DNA from: Betaproteobacteria bacterium RIFCSPLOWO2_02_FULL_67_26
Lineage (GTDB): Bacteria; Pseudomonadota; Gammaproteobacteria; Burkholderiales; SG8-41
Direction: 5' to 3'
Length of the DNA stretch: 64,000 nt
Assembly: GCA_001771935.1 (NCBI GenBank)
Contig: MERD01000039.1
Location: forward strand, 31,764 to 95,763
The notes below the pieces were generated by a model, which did not search any database, was not told the origin of the DNA, and was given only the letters and a program-made list of their open reading frames with translations. Shown piece by piece: positions 28,040 to 35,418 of the stretch; within the stretch, counting starts at the first letter, position 1, and every line of letters starts with the position of its first letter. Both the position numbers and the translations under genes were made by a program.

Positions 28040-28058
28040 CACTCGTAACCCTCATCAG
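28031..28058 (-). repeat. four tandem heptamers (minus strand) CTGATGA GGGTTAC GAGTGAT GGGTGAT
   Basis: Read directly between the Bug gene stop (28061) and the UbiD start. Contains the UbiD GTG and ATG candidate starts. Confidence 0.75.
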
Positions 28059-28060
28059 CC

Positions 28061-29062
28061 CTAGTTGGCCTTGATCTTGGCCGCCGCCACCACGCGCTTC
28101 CAGCGCGGCAACTCCTTCTTGACCAGGTCTCCGAGGCGATCCGGCGGGCCTCCGGCCGGATCCATTCCCATTTTGACCATGGTTGCCCGAATCTCGGGCA
28201 GCCGAAGCAGTTCGTTGATATCCGTGTTGATCCGGTTGACGATGGGCGCCGGGGTGCCGGCCGGCGCGAACGTCCCGTACCAGGTATAGATCTCCAGGCC
28301 GGGGAATCCCAGCTCCTTCATCGTGGGGACGCCGGGAAACGCGTCCGAGCGCTCCCCGCTCATGACCGCCAGCATGCGCAGCCTCCCGCTGCTGACGTGA
28401 GGGTGCGCGCTCTGCAGCGCGGAGACCATCGCCTGAACGTGCCCCGCCATGGCGTCCGTGACCGCGCCGGCGAACCCCTTGTACGGCACGTGGACGATAT
28501 TGATGCCGGTCTCGAGCTTGAGCAGTTCCATGGAGAGGTGCTGCGGGCCGCCAACGCCGGGCGACGAGTAATGCAGCTCTCCCGGGCGGCGTTTCGCAAG
28601 ATTGATGAAATCACGCAACGTCTTCACCGGCAGTTGCGGATGCACCACCACGCCCAGCCCGCTGGTGGCGAATAGCGCCACCGGCGCGAAGCTCCTCACG
28701 GGGTCGAACTGCAGGTTGCGCCGCAACGCCGGCGTCGTGCCGAATGAGGTCGCGATGAAGAGCAGCGTGTGCCCGTCCGGCGCGGCCTTGGCCACGACCG
28801 CCGATGCGATGGTCCCGGTCGCGCCTACCCGGTTTTCGGTGACGATGGTGGCTTTCCAGCGATCGGCGAGCCTGGGCCCGAACAGGCGGGCGAGTATGTC
28901 GGCGCCGGTGCCGGGGGAATACGCCACCACGAACTGGACGGTCCGCGACGGGAAAGCGGCGTCTTGCGCGGCCGCAGGTCCCGCGGCGCAAGCCGCAGCA
29001 AGCGCCGCCAGTTGAACAATACGGCCTGCCGTGCGCTTCAGTATCCGATACTCGCTCGTCAT
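28061..29062 (-). CDS. Bug-family substrate-binding protein
   Basis: ORF 28061..29083. Start ATG 29062 follows GAGGAGG. FPSRTVQFVVAYSPGTGADILARLF. Confidence 0.85.
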   Translation of the reverse strand: MTSEYRILKRTAGRIVQLAALAAACAAGPAAAQDAAFPSRTVQFVVAYSPGTGADILARLFGPRLADRWKATIVTENRVGATGTIASAVVAKAAPDGHTLLFIATSFGTTPALRRNLQFDPVRSFAPVALFATSGLGVVVHPQLPVKTLRDFINLAKRRPGELHYSSPGVGGPQHLSMELLKLETGINIVHVPYKGFAGAVTDAMAGHVQAMVSALQSAHPHVSSGRLRMLAVMSGERSDAFPGVPTMKELGFPGLEIYTWYGTFAPAGTPAPIVNRINTDINELLRLPEIRATMVKMGMDPAGGPPDRLGDLVKKELPRWKRVVAAAKIKAN

Positions 29063-29172
29063 CGTGTCCTCCTCGATTGGCATACCGGGTTCTCGTTGCA
29101 GTCGCCTATTATGCAGAAAAACGGCCTAAGGCAGCAGCCGGCCGGCGCGAAAGGCTGCGGTAGAATACGCGC

Positions 29173-30462
29173 ATGATGCACGACCGTCCCCTCGTGGTAA
29201 ACGAGCCGGAGGCGATGCGCTTCCAGGTGCGCCGCTCGACGCTGATGGACCCGGGCATCCTCGAGCTCGAGCGGCGCAGGATATTCGACGTCTGCTGGAT
29301 CTACGTAGGCCACGAATCGGAGGTCCGCGCGCCCGGCGACTTCAAGACCCGCATCGTCTGCGACCGGCCCGTCATCTTCTGCCGCGACGGCGGGAACCGG
29401 GTGCGCGTTTTCCTCAACACCTGCCGCCACCGCGGCAGCATCGTCTGCCGCGAACCCGAAGGCAACGCGAAGAGCCATACCTGCTTCTATCACGGCTGGA
29501 GCTACAACCGGGACGGCGAGCTCGACGGGGTTCCGGGTCAGGACGCTTTTCCCCCGAGCTTCAGGAAAAGCGATTTCAGCTTGAAGGAGCCGCCGCACGT
29601 AGCCAGCTACCGCGGCTTCGTCTTCCTCAATTTCGACCCGGGCGCAATGCCGCTCGAGCAGTACCTCGCCGGCGCGAAGGAGTACATCGACCTCATCGTG
29701 GACCAGTCGCCCTCCGGGCAGATGGAAGTCATCCAGGGCGTGCAGGACTACGACATCCGGGCCAACTGGAAGCTGCTGACGGAAAACAGCTTCGACGACT
29801 ATCATTTGCTGAGCGTGCACGGGTCGTGGCTCACCTACCTCAGGAACTCGGGGGTCGAGATGAAGCGACCCGAGCGGGGCCACCTGCTCCCCGGTCACGG
29901 CGTGGGCAAGGTGCTCGGCAACGGCCACGGCTGCACCGACAACGTGAACTTCCGCGGGCGGCCCGTGGCCCGCTGGATCCCGATCTACGGCGAAGCGGCC
30001 AGACCCGAGATCGAGCGCATCCGCGCCGAGCTGGTCGCCCGCCTCGGGGAGGAACGCGCTTCGAGGGTGGCCGACACGAACCGTAACCTGCTCGTCTTCC
30101 CGAACCTGTTCCTGAACGACGGCTCCTCGGTGACCATCCGGACCTACTACCCACTGGCGCCCGACCGCATGCGCGTACTCGCGTGGGCGCTGGGGCCGAA
30201 GGAGGAATCGCCCACGGCGCGCGCGGTGCGCCTCGACAGCTTCCTGACCTTCTATGGCCCCGGCGGATTTGCCACTCCGGATGACATCGAGGTTCTGGAG
30301 TCGCTGCAATCCGGACTGGGCACGCACCGCGAGGTGCCGTGGATGGAGGTGACCCGCGGCATGGCGAAGGAAGGCGAGCAACTCAACACCGACGAGCCGC
30401 ACCTGCGGGGGTTCTGGATCCAGTGGGACAAGCTGATGCGGACGCCGCGCAATGGCGAGTAA
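29173..30462 (+). CDS. Rieske ring-hydroxylating dioxygenase alpha subunit
   Basis: ORF 29173..30462. CRHRGSIVCREPEGNAKSHTCFYHGWSY. Iron motif FDDYHLLSVH. Confidence 0.9.
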   Translation: MMHDRPLVVNEPEAMRFQVRRSTLMDPGILELERRRIFDVCWIYVGHESEVRAPGDFKTRIVCDRPVIFCRDGGNRVRVFLNTCRHRGSIVCREPEGNAKSHTCFYHGWSYNRDGELDGVPGQDAFPPSFRKSDFSLKEPPHVASYRGFVFLNFDPGAMPLEQYLAGAKEYIDLIVDQSPSGQMEVIQGVQDYDIRANWKLLTENSFDDYHLLSVHGSWLTYLRNSGVEMKRPERGHLLPGHGVGKVLGNGHGCTDNVNFRGRPVARWIPIYGEAARPEIERIRAELVARLGEERASRVADTNRNLLVFPNLFLNDGSSVTIRTYYPLAPDRMRVLAWALGPKEESPTARAVRLDSFLTFYGPGGFATPDDIEVLESLQSGLGTHREVPWMEVTRGMAKEGEQLNTDEPHLRGFWIQWDKLMRTPRNGE

Positions 30463-30955
30463 GGCGAAGGCCGCCGCGGCGACGCGGCAGCAGGTTGAAG
30501 ATTTCCTGTACGAAGAGGCCGCCCTGCTCGACGCTTGGCGGCTCGACGACTGGCTCGAGTTGCTGACGGATGATGCCGTCTACAACGTTCCTTCCAACGA
30601 CCGGCCCGATGGCGATTCCAGGGACACGCTGTTCATCATCGCCGACGACATCCGCCGCATCCGCGCGCGAGTCACGCGGCTGAAGGACAAGAGCGCCCAC
30701 GCCGAGTACCCGCCTTCGCGCACGCGCCGCATGATTTCGAACGTGCGCATCGTCGAGCGCAACGGCGCGGCGCTCAACGTCGAGGCGAGCTTCATCGTCC
30801 ATCGCTTCCGGCGCAACGAGGGCATCCGCGCCTATGTCGGGCACTACCGCTACGAATTGCGGCTCGAGGGGAAGCAACTCAAGATCGCGCGCCGCGAGGC
30901 GGTCATCGACTCGATGGAACTGGGCTCGCTCGCGTCGGTCAGCTTTATTCTTTGA
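30452..30955 (+). CDS. ring-hydroxylating dioxygenase beta subunit
   Basis: ORF 30452..30955. 167 aa, VEDFLYEEAALLDAWRLDDWLELLTDD. 11-nt overlap with the alpha gene. Confidence 0.85.
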   Translation: MASKAKAAAATRQQVEDFLYEEAALLDAWRLDDWLELLTDDAVYNVPSNDRPDGDSRDTLFIIADDIRRIRARVTRLKDKSAHAEYPPSRTRRMISNVRIVERNGAALNVEASFIVHRFRRNEGIRAYVGHYRYELRLEGKQLKIARREAVIDSMELGSLASVSFIL

Positions 30956-31685
30956 GCGCCCTCTTTTTCCACGCCTTCCACGCACGCCCGAGCCCGTAGC
31001 CTTCGCGCGACTCGATGAGTCGCACCTCCCCCGCATCCAGGAAGTTGATCGGCCCGCCCTGGGCCATGAGCATGGCCTGGGTCTGCAGCGTCGCGTTCAA
31101 CGCGAGGAAGATGCTGCGCCCGACCAGCCGTGGAATGGACGGCCCCACCACCGTCGCACCATGGCCGCGCATCAGCACCGCGGGCTTGTCGGCAATGCTT
31201 TGCGCCAGCGCCCGTCCGAGCGCGGGGTCGCGGATCAGCATGTCGGTCGTTCCCGCTGCGTCGCGGATCTCGAACACCGGCACGCCCAGCCCGATGAACG
31301 CGGCGCGGTGGTACATCGGGCGCAACGGGATGCTCGTCACGCCGAACGGGATGACCGGTGGCGCGTGCGAATGGCAGATCGCCTTGACGTCGGGCCGCGC
31401 CTTGTAGATTTCGCCGTGGATGAAACGCTCGCTGTAGAGGTCCTGCCCCTTCGCATCCACCGCGTTGTTGTCGAGGTCGAACTCGAGGATGTCCCCGGCG
31501 CTGATCAATTCCGGCGCCAGCGACCGCGACAACAGGAACCGGCCGGGATCGCGGTCGTGACGCACGCTGACGTGCCCCCAGCCGTCCAGCACGCCTTCCA
31601 GCGCGAGGATGCGGTTCGCGGCAACCAGATCCTCGATCAGCAGCGGGTCCGCCGGGCCCGCTGAACCCGGGTGGCTCGCGCTCAT
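30945..31685 (-). CDS. class II aldolase/adducin-family protein (paralog)
   Basis: Last 246 codons of ORF 30945..32630. Start ATG 31685 (MSASHPGS..). GHVSVRH, HGEIYKARPDVKAICHSHAP. TGATG overlap with the upstream gene. Confidence 0.8.
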   Translation of the reverse strand: MSASHPGSAGPADPLLIEDLVAANRILALEGVLDGWGHVSVRHDRDPGRFLLSRSLAPELISAGDILEFDLDNNAVDAKGQDLYSERFIHGEIYKARPDVKAICHSHAPPVIPFGVTSIPLRPMYHRAAFIGLGVPVFEIRDAAGTTDMLIRDPALGRALAQSIADKPAVLMRGHGATVVGPSIPRLVGRSIFLALNATLQTQAMLMAQGGPINFLDAGEVRLIESREGYGLGRAWKAWKKRALKE

Positions 31686-32764
31686 CACTTCCTCCGCCGC
31701 TTGGGGGCGTCCCTGCCGCCGGGTGACAGCGCGAGCTTCATCTGCAGCATCCGCATCGCATTCCCGTAATACACCTTGTTCCGCACCGAGTCCGAAAGCT
31801 TGAGAGAGTCGATCGCGCGGATGCTCTCGCGGATGAAGGTGGGCCCCCCTTCCGGGTCGAACGGGCAGTCGGTGCCGAACAGCACGCGGTCGGGCCCGAA
31901 GAAATCCAGCCCGCAGCGGATCGCGGGCGCCGAGCCGTTGACCGAGGTGTCCCCGTAGAACATCTTGAAGTAGTCGAGCGGCCGCTTGCCCAGCCGCTTC
32001 AGCAGCGCGCCGTAGTCCTCGTCGACGGTGCGCGCGCCCATCTGGTCCATGCCGAGCCCGATGCGCTCGTCGAAGAACGGCGCCATCGCGCCGAGATGGT
32101 GCGTGATGACCTTCATGTCCGGCAGCTTCTGCAGCATGCCCGAGAACACCATCCGCGCCATGCACACGCTCGTCTCGTACGGCCAGCCGAACAGCCACCA
32201 GATCTCGTACTTCGACTTGCTCTCGGTCGCATAATCGGAGAACTTCGAGGTGCGCACCGGGTGCAGCCAGATCGGCAGGTCGAAGGTCTTCACGCAGCGC
32301 TCGAAGATCGGGTAGAACTCCGGGTCGTCGAGCGGCCGGCCGTTGACGTTGGTGAACACCTGGATGCCCTTCGCGCCGAGCCTGCGGATCGCGCGCTCCA
32401 TCTCCGCGAGCGCTGCCGGCACGTTGTTCATCGGGAGCGAGGCCACGAACGCCGGGAACTGATCCGGGTGCGTGGCGACGATCTCCGCCATCCCGTCGTT
32501 GGCGAGCTTCGCGAGCGCCGGCGATTCCTCCGGTCCGGCGAGGAACTCGATCGCCGGCAGCGAGAGGGTCAGCACCTGCTTGTAGTCCTTGAATCCGCGC
32601 ATCATGCGCAGGCGCGCGTCGAGGTCCCACAGCACCGGGATGTTGAGCCAGCGCTTGATGGACGCGGCGAGCGCGGGGTTGCCGGCGGCGATGCCCTTCA
32701 TGCGCTCGAAAAACGGCTGCGGAAAGATGTGCGGAAAGATGTCGACCTTCAGTTGCCTCTGCAT
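31685..32764 (-). CDS. amidohydrolase-2 family (ACMSD/LigW-like non-oxidative decarboxylase)
   Basis: ORF 31685..32764. KVDIFPHIFP..., GAKGIQVFTNVNGRPLDDPEFYPIFE, ITHHLGAM. Confidence 0.75.
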   Translation of the reverse strand: MQRQLKVDIFPHIFPQPFFERMKGIAAGNPALAASIKRWLNIPVLWDLDARLRMMRGFKDYKQVLTLSLPAIEFLAGPEESPALAKLANDGMAEIVATHPDQFPAFVASLPMNNVPAALAEMERAIRRLGAKGIQVFTNVNGRPLDDPEFYPIFERCVKTFDLPIWLHPVRTSKFSDYATESKSKYEIWWLFGWPYETSVCMARMVFSGMLQKLPDMKVITHHLGAMAPFFDERIGLGMDQMGARTVDEDYGALLKRLGKRPLDYFKMFYGDTSVNGSAPAIRCGLDFFGPDRVLFGTDCPFDPEGGPTFIRESIRAIDSLKLSDSVRNKVYYGNAMRMLQMKLALSPGGRDAPKRRRK

Positions 32765-32919
32765 GGGCGTTCCGGCTTCCTGTCGGGTTGGGAAATGGGC
32801 CTCACAATAGACGATCTCTCGCGGCCCCGCAACGAGGGCGAGCGCAATGTGGACCGACGGCCATGCTTTGCCCGCCGCTCCGACTGCTGCTACATTGCGC
32901 CATAGCGGAGGGCATAGCC

Positions 32920-33891
32920 ATGCGATCGTTCCAATTCGCCGTTTGCACGGGTCTGTTGCTGATGACCGGTTTCGCGACCGAGCCTGGCGCGCAGACCTTC
33001 CCCGCCCGCCCGCTGCGCTACTTCATGCCGCTGCCCGCCGGCAGCGAGACCGACATCTTTGCCCGCGTGCTGGCGAAGGAGCTCGCGGCCGGGTGGGGCC
33101 AGCAAGTCGTCGTCGAGAATCGCCCCGGTGCCAGCACCACGATCGGCAGCGATATCGTCGCCAAGGCACCGGCGGACGGCTACACGTTTCTGCACGCCAT
33201 CACGGCTCACGCGATCAACCCGACGCTCCACGCGAGGCTGCCGTACGACACGCTGAAGGACTTCGCGTGCATCACGCACATCGGCTACCTCTACGGGGTG
33301 CTGGCCGCCCACCCTTCGTTCCCGCCGAAGAACATCGCCGAGCTGATCAGTCTCGCCAGGGCGCGTCCCGGCGAAATCAGCTATGCCACCGGCGGAGCGG
33401 GCACCGCCAACCACATCGCCGCGGAGGCCATTCGCCTCGCCACGGGCATCAATATCGTCCATGTGCCCTACAAGGGGACCAGCCTCGCGATACTGGACGT
33501 GCTGCCCGGGCGCGTGCCCCTGCTCGCCACCGTGATGCCGGAGGCCATTCCTTACATCAAATCGGGCAAGATCAAGGTGCTCGCCACGACCAGCCCCAAG
33601 CGTGCACCTTCGCTGCCCGATACGCCGACCGTGACCGAGAGCCTGCCTTCCTACCGCGTCGGCGCGAGCTTCTGGGCGCTGGTGACGCGGGCCGGCACGC
33701 CGCCCGCCACTCTCGCCAAGCTCAACGCAGACGTCCTCAAGGGCGTGCAATCGCCGGAAGCGCGCAAGCGGCTCGCGATTGCGGATATCGAATACGTCGG
33801 CTCCACGCCCCAGCAATGCGACGCGTTCCTGCGGGAGCAGGTGGCGGTGTGGGGCGCGATCGTCAAGGCTTCCGGCGCCCGCGTCGACTGA
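32920..33891 (+). CDS. Bug-family substrate-binding protein
   Basis: ORF 32788..33891. Start ATG 32920 gives the signal peptide MRSFQFAVCTGLLLMTGFATEPGAQ, followed by FPARPLRYFMPLPAGSETDIFARVL. Confidence 0.85.
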   Translation: MRSFQFAVCTGLLLMTGFATEPGAQTFPARPLRYFMPLPAGSETDIFARVLAKELAAGWGQQVVVENRPGASTTIGSDIVAKAPADGYTFLHAITAHAINPTLHARLPYDTLKDFACITHIGYLYGVLAAHPSFPPKNIAELISLARARPGEISYATGGAGTANHIAAEAIRLATGINIVHVPYKGTSLAILDVLPGRVPLLATVMPEAIPYIKSGKIKVLATTSPKRAPSLPDTPTVTESLPSYRVGASFWALVTRAGTPPATLAKLNADVLKGVQSPEARKRLAIADIEYVGSTPQQCDAFLREQVAVWGAIVKASGARVD

Positions 33892-34008
33892 CACGCTGCG
33901 CGGGATCCGGAATCGTTGATCCAGGTCAATACCGGGATCCCGCCACGATCTAGCCTTGCCGGCATGCGGGCTGCCGTTCGGCCCGAAAGGCTTACGCAGG
34001 GGTGGACC

Positions 34009-34563
34009 ATGGCCGATCCGGTCAAGGCGTGGCATGACGAACACGCGCATTTCAGCCGCCTTCTCAATGTCCTGGACGGACAGGTCGCCGCTTTCCACGA
34101 GGGCCTGCATCCGAACTACGACTTGATGCGCAACATCGTCTATTACCTGCGGCATTTCTGCGATCGCTTTCATCATCCGCGCGAGGACGTCGCGTTCACG
34201 CGTCTCGCCGAGCGCGATCCCGCGATGCGACTGGCCGTGAGCCGCCTGCGGCAGGAGCACCGCGTCATCGCCGTAACCGGCGAGACGCTGTTGCGGTACC
34301 TGGACGACATCGCCGCCGACGTCGTGGTCGAGCGCGCCAATCTGGAAGCCTCGGCCGCGGCTTACCTCGTGTATTACCGGCATCACCTCGCGACGGAAGA
34401 GAAGGAAGTCCTGCCGCGCGCGGCGCAGTTCCTCACGAAAGACGACTGGGCGGCCGTTGCGGCCGCCGTTCCGGCCGGCCCGGACCCCCTCTTCGGAGAG
34501 GAGACCGAAGCGCGCTACCGGGAGCTGCGCCGGTACATCGCGCTCGAATCGCAGGCGCCCTAG
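34009..34563 (+). CDS. hemerythrin-domain protein
   Basis: ORF 33916..34563. Start ATG 34009. Histidine/glutamate-rich helices WHDEHAHF, FHHPREDV, EH, YYRHH. Confidence 0.7.
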   Translation: MADPVKAWHDEHAHFSRLLNVLDGQVAAFHEGLHPNYDLMRNIVYYLRHFCDRFHHPREDVAFTRLAERDPAMRLAVSRLRQEHRVIAVTGETLLRYLDDIAADVVVERANLEASAAAYLVYYRHHLATEEKEVLPRAAQFLTKDDWAAVAAAVPAGPDPLFGEETEARYRELRRYIALESQAP

Positions 34564-34602
34564 ACTCTGCGTCCCACATACTGGTCCACGCGCCCCCGCG
34601 CG

Positions 34603-35418
34603 ATGCTAGAATTCGCGAGTGTCGAGCCTCCTGTTGCGCGCACCCTCGGCCCGACGGGATCAAGAACACGGAGAGCGTCCATCAATCGATTCGACAAAAT
34701 CGAGGACCCACGGCGACGCGTGCTGATCGAGGCGCTGGCAGCCGGCCTGTTTTCCACGGGCTTTCCGGCGGGAACCGTATTTGCCCAGGGCGTCTTCGGC
34801 GGCAGGCCAGGGAAGCTTCCGCCGGGACAGTCGATCTATCGGATCGCCGGCACCGCCTCGGTCAATGGGGCGCCGGCGACCCTGCAGACTCCAGTGCGCC
34901 CCGGCGACACGGTCGAGACCGGCAAGGATAGCGAGCTGATCTTCGTGATCGACGGCCACTCGATGCTGTTGCGCAGCGAGTCGCGCCTCGTGATCGAAAG
35001 CGAAAAAAAGGACGCCGCGTCGAGGCTGATTTCCGGCCTGCGCATGTTGACCGGCAAGATCCTGTCGGCGTCGCGGGGCACCCGATTCCGCGTGACGACG
35101 GCCACCGCCACCATCGGCATCCGCGGCACGGGATGGTACGGGGAATCGGACCCCGAACAGACCTACTTCTGCACCTGCTACGGCGCCACGGACGTCACCT
35201 CGATCAACGATCCGGACAGCAAGGAAACCGTGGTTTCAAAGCAGCACGACCGGCCGCTATACATCACCGGCAGGTCGGCGCGCGGGAGGAACATCCGGAA
35301 CGCGCCGTTCATCAACCACACCGACCAGGAGCTGATGCTGATCGAAACGCTGGTCGGGAGGTCGCCGCCCTTCGTCTTCCCGAAGGGCGATTACACCGGC
35401 CCGCGGCGCGACTACTAG
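34603..35418 (+). CDS. FecR-domain-like protein with twin-arginine-like leader
   Basis: ORF 34603..35418. DPRRRVLIEALAAGLF. The central segment GDTVETGKDSELIFVIDGHSMLLRSESRL resembles a FecR domain. Confidence 0.55.
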   Translation: MLEFASVEPPVARTLGPTGSRTRRASINRFDKIEDPRRRVLIEALAAGLFSTGFPAGTVFAQGVFGGRPGKLPPGQSIYRIAGTASVNGAPATLQTPVRPGDTVETGKDSELIFVIDGHSMLLRSESRLVIESEKKDAASRLISGLRMLTGKILSASRGTRFRVTTATATIGIRGTGWYGESDPEQTYFCTCYGATDVTSINDPDSKETVVSKQHDRPLYITGRSARGRNIRNAPFINHTDQELMLIETLVGRSPPFVFPKGDYTGPRRDY

